This document shows positions 49,903 through 58,490 of a stretch of DNA of 64,000 bases, piece after piece. The DNA is taken from contig JBGAIN010000022.1 in assembly GCA_044225505.1 (NCBI GenBank), forward strand, positions 1 through 64,000, written 5' to 3'. Within the stretch, counting starts at the first letter, position 1, and the number at the start of each line of letters is the position of its first letter. Source of the stretch: Limisphaerales bacterium. Lineage in GTDB: Bacteria > Verrucomicrobiota > Verrucomicrobiia > Limisphaerales > SIBE01. The position numbers and the translations under genes were made by a program. The notes under the pieces are model-generated. The model did not search any database. It saw nothing but the letters and a program-made list of their open reading frames with translations, and was not told where the DNA came from.

Positions 49903-52900
49903 ATGATCACCCGTAGGCTGCACCGGTTGCCATCTGTGTTGCTCCGCCCTGTTTTGTGCAGGAGCACTCTCTCCTGCCGCTGGGTGCCGGCATGGGTTAG
50001 CCCCGTCGGATGCGTGCTTCTGCTGTGGCTCCGCGCGTGCATTGCGTTCGGGCAGGCGAGCTTTTGGCCGGAGGGTACCGCCTCTGTCGAGGCGATCGCT
50101 GTCATCACAAATCTGGCGCAACTGCGCGGTTTGGAACGTCCCGAAGCGAAGCGTCAAATCCCGGTCCGTCTCCAGGCGATCGTCACCTACTGCGAAGACC
50201 AATGGCCTTCCTTGTTTGTGCAGGAGGGGGGTCACTCCAGTTATGTCTATCGCCCAAAAGAGGCTCCTCCGCTCAGCGCCGGGGACCGTATCGAGATTGA
50301 AGGTCTAACCGGCGAGGGTTTCACTCCGTTGATCCAGGCGAGTGCGATCCGAAAGATTGGCACCGCTGAACTGCCGGCGGCGGTGGAAACGACGTTAAAC
50401 GAATTGGTGACAGGCCGATATGATGGACGAAGGGTCCGGGTGAAGACGACGGTGCGCTGGATGCACATCACTTACCGGCGGCTCTACCTCCATATCGGCG
50501 ATGGGACCGGCCGGTACGAAGTGCACATTCCCGAGTTCCGCGCGGCGCTGCCGGTGCACCTGGTCGGGGCTGAGGTGGAGCTCACCGGAATCACCGGCAC
50601 GAAGCTGGATACCCTGGGTCATGTAATCGGGGCAGGCATGTCGCTGGCGCGACTTGAAGAACTGCGGGTGCTTCGCCCGGCGCCAGCCGACCCTTGGGCG
50701 AGGTCCGCTCAGGTCATCAATACACTGACCTACTTCCATCCCTCCACGTCTTTTGGACAACAGACAAAGATCCGGGGAGTGGTCACGCTCAATACCCCTT
50801 CCGGACGCCTTTACGTGGAAGATGCTTCCGGGGGATGTGAAGTGCGGTTGCCTGCCTATCAAGAACGTCCCGACGATTACGGGCAGTATCTGGAGCCCGC
50901 GCGTCCGCCAGACTTGCATTTGGGCGACGAAGTGGATGTGCTCGGATACCCGGACATCGGATCCTTCTCTCCAGTCCTGACTGACGCCTTAGTGCGGAAG
51001 AAAGACGTGGGGAAGATGCCGGAGCCCATGGTGCTCATTGCGACCAATGTGGTGAAGACAGCTCGCGATTCGCGACGCATTCGGACGCAAGGCCGGATTG
51101 TGGCGAGCGAAGTGCACATCGTTAAAACGGGTGTGCAGCAACGGCTCACGCTCGGGGAGAAGAACGAGGTCTTTTTCGCCGAGTTCGAAGGCAGTGCGCC
51201 CCTGGACGCTCCGGTCGATAGCCTCGTCGAAATCACCGGCATCTGTGCCATGGATGCGGACGAGAGGCGACGAGTCAGCGGCTTTCGGATGCTGTTGTCC
51301 GCGGCGGAAGACCTTCGCATTTTGAAGGGCCCGCCGTTGGTGACGACTCGCGGACTGCTGCAGGTTGGCACTCCCTTCGCGGCCCTGGTGTTCGGTTGGA
51401 TCTGGTCGTTGCGCAGGCAGGTGCGACGCCGCACGTTGCAGTTGCGTTCGGCCAATTCCGAATTGCGCCATGAAGTGGACCAGCGCATCCGTGCGGAGCA
51501 ATTACTGAAAGAGCGCGTGCGCGTGATGTCATTGTCGGCCGATGTCGCAATCGCCCTCAATGAAAGCACTGAATTGCGTCCGATGCTGCAGCATTGCGCA
51601 GAGTTGCTCGTGCGCCATCTCGACGCTGTCCTGGCCCGAGTTTGGACCTTGAACGACGCCGAACAAGTCCTCGAACTGCAAGCCAGCGCCGGAGCATATT
51701 CTCACCTGGACGGTCCCCACGGCCGGGTTCCTCTGGGCCAGTTCAAGATCGGCCTTATTGCCCAAGAGAGGCAGGCCCACCTAACGAACGAAGTGGAGAC
51801 CGATCCGCGCGTCAGCGACAAAGAGTGGGCACGGCGCGAGGGGATCGTGGCGTTTGCGGGCTACCCGCTGCTGGTCGACGGGCGGGTTTTAGGGGTGGTC
51901 GCCGTCTTTGCGCGCCGGCGCCTTGGGGATGAAGTCCTCCAGGCGCTCGGCCTGGCGGCGCATTCCCTGGCGTTGGGCATTGAACGCAAACGCGCCGAAA
52001 GCTCGCGGCGCGATGGCGAAGCCCGATTGCGCACCGTCGTGCAACACAATCCCGCGGGGATTCTTGTCCTCGATGCGGATGCGGGCAAATTCATTGATGC
52101 GAACGAGATGGCCGAACGCCTGATTGGATACCCGCGCGACGAGATTTGCCAGGGCGGCCCGCTTCATACCAGCGCGGCACTCCAGGCGGACGGCCGTCCC
52201 TCCGCAGAGGTCGCGGCGGAACGGATTGCTGAAGTGCTTCAGCGCGGCTCGGCCACGTTCGATTGGATCAGCCGTCATGCTTCGGGCAGAGATTTTCCGG
52301 TGGAGGTTCGCGCGGCGCGCATCCCCATTGCCGGAAGAAACCTGATCGTGGCGAGTTTAGTCGACATTACGAATCGCAAACGGGCCGAGGCGGAATTGCT
52401 CAAGGCGCTGGAACGTGAGCGGGAGTTGGGCGAGCTCAAGACGCGGTTTGTCTCGATGGTATCTCACGAGTTCCGGACGCCGTTGGAGGTGATTGTTTCG
52501 AGCGCCGATATTTTAGGGCGATACCTGGATCGCCTGGAGGGTTCCGAGCGCGCCGAGCACCTCGCGGCGATCCAGCGGTCGGTGCGGCGCATGGCGGACA
52601 TGATGGAAGACGTCCTCCTGCTCGGGAGATTCGAAAGTGATCGGCAGCAGTTCCGGCCGGATGATGTCCATTTGGCCGGATGCTGCCGGCGCTTGGCCGA
52701 CGAGATGCGGTCGGCGACCGGTGGGAAATGTCCAGTTCAGCTGGACATTGCGCCAGAGCTTCCGCTCGGGCGGGTGGATGAGAGCCTTCTGCGGCACATT
52801 CTGACCAACTTGGTTTCGAACGCGGTGAAGTACTCGCCAGCGGGCGCAACGGTCTGGCTTCGCCTGTCCCGGGAAGGCCATCAAGCAGTGTTCCAAGTGC

Positions 52901-53121
52901 AGGATTCGGGCATGGGAATTCCTGCGGAAGACCAGGCCCATCTGTTCCAGGCGTTTCACCGGGGCCGGAACGTTTACCAGATTCCAGGCACGGGCTTGGG
53001 ATTGGTTGTGGTGAAGCGGAGCGTCGAGATGCACGGCGGCGACATTGAATTCGTGAGCGAAGAAGGGCAGGGGACCACGTTCACCGTGCGCCTGCCCGTC
53101 TTCGATTCGGCTGACCTATGA
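49903..53121 (+). CDS. Membrane sensor histidine kinase (repeated OB-fold-like periplasmic domains, TM, GAF, PAS, HisKA, HATPase)
   Basis: Repeats 'GDRIEIEG', 'GAEVELTG', 'GDEVDVLG', 'DSLVEITG'; H-box 'SHEFRTPL'; 'NAVKYS'; 'GTGLGL'. Confidence 0.93.
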   Translation: MITRRLHRLPSVLLRPVLCRSTLSCRWVPAWVSPVGCVLLLWLRACIAFGQASFWPEGTASVEAIAVITNLAQLRGLERPEAKRQIPVRLQAIVTYCEDQWPSLFVQEGGHSSYVYRPKEAPPLSAGDRIEIEGLTGEGFTPLIQASAIRKIGTAELPAAVETTLNELVTGRYDGRRVRVKTTVRWMHITYRRLYLHIGDGTGRYEVHIPEFRAALPVHLVGAEVELTGITGTKLDTLGHVIGAGMSLARLEELRVLRPAPADPWARSAQVINTLTYFHPSTSFGQQTKIRGVVTLNTPSGRLYVEDASGGCEVRLPAYQERPDDYGQYLEPARPPDLHLGDEVDVLGYPDIGSFSPVLTDALVRKKDVGKMPEPMVLIATNVVKTARDSRRIRTQGRIVASEVHIVKTGVQQRLTLGEKNEVFFAEFEGSAPLDAPVDSLVEITGICAMDADERRRVSGFRMLLSAAEDLRILKGPPLVTTRGLLQVGTPFAALVFGWIWSLRRQVRRRTLQLRSANSELRHEVDQRIRAEQLLKERVRVMSLSADVAIALNESTELRPMLQHCAELLVRHLDAVLARVWTLNDAEQVLELQASAGAYSHLDGPHGRVPLGQFKIGLIAQERQAHLTNEVETDPRVSDKEWARREGIVAFAGYPLLVDGRVLGVVAVFARRRLGDEVLQALGLAAHSLALGIERKRAESSRRDGEARLRTVVQHNPAGILVLDADAGKFIDANEMAERLIGYPRDEICQGGPLHTSAALQADGRPSAEVAAERIAEVLQRGSATFDWISRHASGRDFPVEVRAARIPIAGRNLIVASLVDITNRKRAEAELLKALERERELGELKTRFVSMVSHEFRTPLEVIVSSADILGRYLDRLEGSERAEHLAAIQRSVRRMADMMEDVLLLGRFESDRQQFRPDDVHLAGCCRRLADEMRSATGGKCPVQLDIAPELPLGRVDESLLRHILTNLVSNAVKYSPAGATVWLRLSREGHQAVFQVQDSGMGIPAEDQAHLFQAFHRGRNVYQIPGTGLGLVVVKRSVEMHGGDIEFVSEEGQGTTFTVRLPVFDSADL

Positions 53122-53744
53122 AAAAGATCCTGATCATTGAAGATGAAGAGCAGACACGCAAAAACCTGGCCACCATTCTGCGCATGGAAGGCCATACCGC
53201 ACTCACCGCCGCGGACGGACAGGCCGGCCTGGAAATGGCTCGCCGCGAGTTGCCAGACTTGATCCTTTGCGACGTCATGATGCCGCTCTTGGATGGTCAT
53301 GGAGTTCTCAAAGCGTTGCGCGAGGACAAAGAGACCGCTGGCATTCCCTTCATCTTTCTCACGGCGCGTGGGGAACGAACTGAATTGCGCACGGGAATGA
53401 ACCTGGGTGCGGATGATTACCTGACCAAACCGGCGACGGCCTCGGAGCTCCTGGCGGCCATCGAAGCGCGCTTGAAGCGCGAAGCGCAACGGCCGCCCGG
53501 TGAGTTCGCCCCCGATTTCTCGTCTTTCGCGCCTTTGGAAGCGCTCGGGTTGACCGCGCGCGAAGCGGAGGTGCTCCTCTGGGTGGCGCAAGGGAAGAGC
53601 AACGGGGAAATCTCGGCCATTATCGGTGCGGCCGAGAATACCGTGAAGAAACATCTGCAGAATATTTTTGAGAAGCTGGGCCTGGAATCGCGCAATGCGG
53701 CGGCGGTGCGGGCGCTGGAGGTGCTCAGCCAACCGGTGCGATGA
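53118..53744 (+). CDS. LuxR/NarL-type response regulator
   Basis: REC 'LILCDVMMP' plus HTH 'LTAREAEVL..VAQGKSN.EI…TVKKHL'; ATGA overlap with the kinase. Confidence 0.95.
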   Translation: MKKILIIEDEEQTRKNLATILRMEGHTALTAADGQAGLEMARRELPDLILCDVMMPLLDGHGVLKALREDKETAGIPFIFLTARGERTELRTGMNLGADDYLTKPATASELLAAIEARLKREAQRPPGEFAPDFSSFAPLEALGLTAREAEVLLWVAQGKSNGEISAIIGAAENTVKKHLQNIFEKLGLESRNAAAVRALEVLSQPVR

Positions 53745-54210
53745 GATGCGAGTCATCGATGGCCAGAGCGTGATGCACAGGGTTGAGGCCAGCCACAAAA
53801 GTCTCCGCGGTCCTTAAGGTTGGGCCAGCGCACTCAGCCTGCCCCCCCAATGGCCGGTGCTCTCACTAAAAGCTGGCTTTTTCTCCGACCGGCTGTACAT
53901 CTAGCGTCAGTCCGGCTCTTTCACGGATGGTATCTTGCGCCTGAGAGCACATCCCAGTGGCTCCAGGCGCTTCTTTTCCAGACCGTCGCCAGCTCAGAGC
54001 GGTTATCTTATCTAGGTGCCCTGTTATCAGTAAGTTCGGACGCGCTACCCGACGTTGCGGATTCCCGCGCTGAATAGACTTGAACGAAATGCGTCCAATC
54101 GGGCAAGTTGAGAGTATGAAGAAACTCGTTTCGATAGCGTGGCTTGCGTCTCCGCAATAGCGAATGAGTTCGTTCCGTCTTCGATCTGTATGACACCCCA
54201 TTCCAAGCTT

Positions 54211-54846
54211 ATGAAAAGACACCTTTCCAGCTGCGTCGCTCTCCTCGGCGTCGGCGCCCTCTTAGGTCTGGGAACCGGCTGTGCCTCGACGGGAGTCCGT
54301 AACCCCTCAGGCGTGCCGGTCACCGAAATGCGAGCCGATGAAAAAGGCTTTGTCGCCGGCACGGGCATTGAATCGCAAGACCTGGTCACGGTGGCTGATA
54401 AAATGGCGCGCGAGCTAATCGCGCTTCCCCAGTTTAACAATGCCCGAGGCGTGCCACGCATTGCGCTGCTTCCGGTCAAGAACGAGACCCGCTTTGCCAT
54501 TAACAAGGAAATCTTCCTCAAGGAGATTCGCACCGCGCTCAACGAAAAGGCCGCGGGCAAGATTCTGTTCCTGGCGCGGGATCGCATGGCTGAACTCGAG
54601 AAAGAACGCGAAATGAAACAGAGCGGCCAAGTGACGAGCAGCACCGATCCGAACGTGAACCAGTTCAAAGGCGCGGATTACATGCTCACGGGCGAGTTGA
54701 CCGGCCTAACCACGCGGATGTCGGCCGGCACCAGCGATTACATTCTCTACAGCTTCCAGTTGCTCGATCCCAACACCAGCGACATTCTCTGGGAAGGTTC
54801 GCACCGGATCAAGAAACAGGGGCTGGAAGACGCGGCTTACCGCTAA
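54211..54846 (+). CDS. LpoB-like (CsgG/LpoB fold) lipoprotein
   Basis: Lipobox 'GTGC', 'IESQDL', 'VKNETRF', 'GADYMLTGEL', 'ILWEG..RIKK'. Confidence 0.8.
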   Translation: MKRHLSSCVALLGVGALLGLGTGCASTGVRNPSGVPVTEMRADEKGFVAGTGIESQDLVTVADKMARELIALPQFNNARGVPRIALLPVKNETRFAINKEIFLKEIRTALNEKAAGKILFLARDRMAELEKEREMKQSGQVTSSTDPNVNQFKGADYMLTGELTGLTTRMSAGTSDYILYSFQLLDPNTSDILWEGSHRIKKQGLEDAAYR

Positions 54847-54864
54847 TCGGTCTCCGTGGGCCGA

Positions 54865-56037
54865 ATGAAGCCTAGCGTTCTAATCCAGACCCTCGCCGTT
54901 TGTGCGGCGCTCACAGGCTGCCGAACGGCGGAGCACCAAAGCTACTCCGCGTCGCGCACGGGCGATCCGGTGGTCGATGGCAAAGCCCAGGTCGCGGCTG
55001 TGCCTGCCAAGGATCGGGTGCTTTGGCAGTGCCGAACAGCCGCCGCCGCGATGCGGCGCGCTCAGTTTGGCGAGGCCAAGCAACTGCTGGACGATGCGCT
55101 CCTGACGATCGGAAACAATCTCGGCAATGATAAGTCCGGGCGTAAGGCGCGCAGTTACTTTTCCGAAGAGTCCAAGAAGACGTTCCGGGGCGAGCCCTAC
55201 GAGCGGGTCATGGCGTATTATTACCGGGGCATTCTCTATTGGATGGACGGGGAACCTGACAATGCCCGCGCCTGCTTTCGCAGTGGACAATTACAGGATG
55301 CCGATGCCGAAAACCGGCAGTACGCAGCGGACTATGTACTGCTCGACTACCTGGACGGTTTCGCCACGGCCAAGCTCGGTGGAGACGGTTCCGACGCTCT
55401 CAAGCGCGCGGCTGCCGAAAGTCATTTTGGAAATCCACCCCCCTATGATGCCCGGGCCAATGTGCTCTTCTTCGTCGAGTTCGGCAACGGCCCGACCAAG
55501 TACGCCACTGGCGAATATAACGAAGAGCTCCGTTTCATTCCGGGCACATCCGTGGCCCAATCCGTTTCCGTCAAGATCGATGGCGGTCAGACCCTTGGCT
55601 TGCGGCCTTACGACGACTTGACTTTCCAAGCCACCACCCGTGGCGGACGAGTCATGGACCATATTCTGGCGAACAAGGCCGTCTTCAAAAGCACGACCGA
55701 CGCGGTCGGAAACGCAGGGCTGATTGGCGGCCTAGTCGTGGCGGGCACGTCGCGCGATCGAACAGCGCAGGAGGTCGGACTGGGCCTGGCTGCCGCCGGG
55801 TTAGTAAGTAAGATCTTCTCCGCCGTCACGACGCCGGCGGCCGACACGCGCTCTTGGGATAATCTCCCCCAGTTCTTAAGCTTCGCCGCGGTGCAATTGA
55901 CGCCCGGACCGCATTCCGCGACGATCGAATTTTTGGATGTGTCCGGCCGTCCTCTCTCCGGATTGACGCGAAACGTCACGATTAATGTTGTGCCCAACCG
56001 GGAAGCCGTGGTCTTCGTGAGCGACCGCGCTTCCTAG
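54865..56037 (+). CDS. COG3014-like TPR lipoprotein
   Basis: Lipobox 'LTGC', 'FRGEPYERVM..YY..I.Y', 'ADTRSWDNLP'. Confidence 0.8.
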   Translation: MKPSVLIQTLAVCAALTGCRTAEHQSYSASRTGDPVVDGKAQVAAVPAKDRVLWQCRTAAAAMRRAQFGEAKQLLDDALLTIGNNLGNDKSGRKARSYFSEESKKTFRGEPYERVMAYYYRGILYWMDGEPDNARACFRSGQLQDADAENRQYAADYVLLDYLDGFATAKLGGDGSDALKRAAAESHFGNPPPYDARANVLFFVEFGNGPTKYATGEYNEELRFIPGTSVAQSVSVKIDGGQTLGLRPYDDLTFQATTRGGRVMDHILANKAVFKSTTDAVGNAGLIGGLVVAGTSRDRTAQEVGLGLAAAGLVSKIFSAVTTPAADTRSWDNLPQFLSFAAVQLTPGPHSATIEFLDVSGRPLSGLTRNVTINVVPNREAVVFVSDRAS

Positions 56038-56044
56038 ATCTCCT

Positions 56045-56458
56045 ATGAAAAACTCTATTCTTTGCCTGGCCGCTATTCTGTCGGTGGTGCCGTTGCTTGG
56101 TGGTTGCCAAACGGGCGGGGCTAAAGCCCCGGTGAACACCGTCAAATATAACTACGAAACCACCGCGAAGTTCGCGCTCATGGATTCGCGAGCGCAACGC
56201 TCGGTGACCTGCACCGGGTTGCAGGAACGAAAATCAGAAGACGGACGACTGGAGGTCGCTGCGAACTTGCGCAACCGCGAGAATCGACGCATCGAAGTCC
56301 AAGCCCAATGTCTGTTCAAGGATCCTCAAGGATTCGCCCTGGATGAAACCCCTTGGCAAACCGTTATTCTGACCGAGAATGGTCAAGAGACGATTCGGTT
56401 CACCGCCATGAATAACAAGGCGACGGATTACGAAGTGCGAGTCCGTTCCAGTCGTTAG
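56045..56458 (+). CDS. YcfL/DUF1425-like lipoprotein
   Basis: Lipobox 'LGGC', 'DGRLEV…LRNR…FKDPQGF…PWQTVIL'. Confidence 0.8.
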   Translation: MKNSILCLAAILSVVPLLGGCQTGGAKAPVNTVKYNYETTAKFALMDSRAQRSVTCTGLQERKSEDGRLEVAANLRNRENRRIEVQAQCLFKDPQGFALDETPWQTVILTENGQETIRFTAMNNKATDYEVRVRSSR

Positions 56459-56489
56459 GCGGCGCCCAGCCCGGGTCGAGAAAGGAAGT

Positions 56490-57371
56490 ATGAAACGGAG
56501 CTTTGTATTCGCTTTTGCTGGATGGGTCTCGCTGGCGTGCGCCCAGGCCCAAACCCAGACCCAAGTTTCTGCAACACCCCCGGTCTATCCGGCCGTCCGT
56601 CCAGTTCCCACCCCGGTTCCCCTGTATGTTTACGATCAAAAGCCGGTCGCAGGTCGACCGTATTTGGTCGCTCCGGAACAGGCCCAGTCGATCATCAACC
56701 GATTCAAGGAAGAGTACAAGAAGCTGGGCAGCCCTCGGGTCGTCATTTACGTCAATCGCGAACTGGTGGATGAGACCGCGGGCCTGAAGCTTTCCTCCCA
56801 CAAACAGGTCGTGGAAACGACCCGCGTCTTGGGTGACACCAACACCCCCGCGACCCTTAGCCCGCGCCTGACCGAACGGGCTTCCAGCACGAATATCTAT
56901 CGCGTTCGCGAACGGAAGGAGACTCCCCTGGCCGACCGACAGACCGTGCGCGATGTCGAAAGGCTCTTTGCTCGTCCTCTCCGTATGGCCGGCGTGCACG
57001 TGGCCGATCAACGCATCGCCACCCAGCTAATCGGCGGGAAGGTCGGCGACGGATTTAGCGTCGAGCCCGACAGTGATCAATCCCGACGGGAACGCGAGGC
57101 CGTGGCCAAGATTGCCGATGTCGTCCTGGAAGTACTAGTTTCTTCCAAGGATGTGCCCGTCGCGGAACTCTCGGGTGATCGGACGTATAGCGCTCCGGAC
57201 ATCCAAGTGACCGCCATCCGTTTGGCCGATTCCAAAATCCTCGGCCAAGCTACGGCCGCCGACTTGATCGGGCAAGGGGCCAGCGCAGGACGTTCCATGC
57301 GGACCTTTGGCGTGCGCGAGATTGCAGAAGCCACCGCGCTATCGCTTATGGAAGACATGATGTTGCAGTAG
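56490..57371 (+). CDS. Secreted hypothetical protein, possible CsgG/FlgT-like alpha/beta fold
   Basis: Signal peptide, 'PRVVIYVN', 'ADVVLEV', 'AIRLADSKILG'; fourth gene of a tightly spaced operon. Confidence 0.7.
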   Translation: MKRSFVFAFAGWVSLACAQAQTQTQVSATPPVYPAVRPVPTPVPLYVYDQKPVAGRPYLVAPEQAQSIINRFKEEYKKLGSPRVVIYVNRELVDETAGLKLSSHKQVVETTRVLGDTNTPATLSPRLTERASSTNIYRVRERKETPLADRQTVRDVERLFARPLRMAGVHVADQRIATQLIGGKVGDGFSVEPDSDQSRREREAVAKIADVVLEVLVSSKDVPVAELSGDRTYSAPDIQVTAIRLADSKILGQATAADLIGQGASAGRSMRTFGVREIAEATALSLMEDMMLQ

Positions 57372-57411
57372 GAGTTGTCGTTTCCGACGGACAAATCTCG
57401 GGCCTCTCGGC

Positions 57412-57740
57412 TGGTGACAATTGGCTAATGCCATTCGGTAATTCTGGGCAAGTCCCGGAAGGGACAGAATGAGAGAAGCCCGGTCGCTTTAGCGCCGGGT
57501 GCTCAAGTGAGAGGGCCCAAGCCCCGGAGGGGCGGCTGAGTGCGGCGAGAAAGGGCGTTTGGGTTCTACGACCTTGTGATCCGCTTAATCTCCGGTTCTT
57601 CCGTTCAATGCCACGTCCTCGGCCGTCCCGTCGGGACTTGGAATCGCCCCATTCGACCTCGCCGTTGAAACGCCGAGCTATCTTGGGTGGCCCTTCGGGA
57701 CGGCACGGGATCACATCGCTTAAGGTGACAATTGTCACCA
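57412..57740. mobile_element. Non-autonomous REP-doublet/MITE-like element with 12-bp terminal inverted repeats
   Basis: TIRs TGGTGACAATTG (57412-57423) and CAATTGTCACCA (57729-57740); the hairpin triplet at 57452-57539 is mirrored in inverted order at 57620-57701. No target-site duplication is seen. Confidence 0.65.
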
Positions 57741-57869
57741 AAAGTTATAAAGTGTTTCACATCAGTCGTTTGAGGATTTTTTTGAAGGAATCCAAAATCG
57801 ATCTGTGACCGCTTTCCGACGCTCGGTCTTGTGCTGATCTTATCTCGTTCTGCCGTTCTTCGTTCGCTT

Positions 57870-57968
57870 TATACTCGGATATAACACGGAGATAACAGGG
57901 ATTTAACTCGGATTTGGTCCGTGTTATTTCCGTATTAATGCCCTGCATATACCGTGTTAAAAACGGAT
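57870..57968. repeat. 11-bp-period array of TAACACGGA-like 9-mers (4 direct, 4 inverted, 1 direct)
   Basis: tatactcggat|ataacacggag|ataacagggat|ttaactcggat|ttggtccgtgt|tatttccgtat|taatgccctgc|atataccgtgt|taaaaacggat. Confidence 0.75.
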
Positions 57969-58133
57969 GAACTCCCATCGAGGGTCGTACCCTCGGTGTT
58001 GAATGGTTGGGACAAGAGAAACAGTTCGGCGCCAGATCGACGGTGATCAGGCCCATAAGATTTACGCAAGGAGTCCAGTGCGGTGCTTGCCGCGTGGCTT
58101 GGGATGTGCTCTTATTTCGTCAGATCTTAGATT

Positions 58134-58490
58134 ATGCCGACTTACGAATACGTCTGTCAGAAGTGCAATCATCAATTTGAGTTTTTTCAGTCGATCAGTG
58201 ACAACGCGTTGACGGTCTGTCCCAAGGAGCGATGTGCTCGTCAGCCTTGGGGAAAAGGAAAGGTCAAACGTCAGATTGGCGCGGGCGCAGGGCTGATCTT
58301 TAAGGGCAGTGGCTTTTATATTACCGATTACCGGAGCAAAGAGTACAAGGAAGCGGCCAAGAAAGAGGGTTCCGCCTCGACGGCCAGTTCTTCCTCGAGC
58401 TCCAGCGAGTCAAAGCCAGCGGCGGCCCCCGCCAAGAGCGACTCGAAACCGGCACCCAAACCGAGTTCGGGCTCCAAATCGAAAGATTGA
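58134..58490 (+). CDS. FmdB family zinc-ribbon protein
   Basis: 'MPTYEYVCQKC.HQFE', 'CP…C', 'IFKGSGFYITDY', Ser/Lys/Pro-rich tail. Confidence 0.92.
   Translation: MPTYEYVCQKCNHQFEFFQSISDNALTVCPKERCARQPWGKGKVKRQIGAGAGLIFKGSGFYITDYRSKEYKEAAKKEGSASTASSSSSSSESKPAAAPAKSDSKPAPKPSSGSKSKD

Noticed and set aside
57870..57968. CRISPR array
   Set aside because: The units are 11 bp, degenerate, lack spacers and switch orientation; no cas genes are present.
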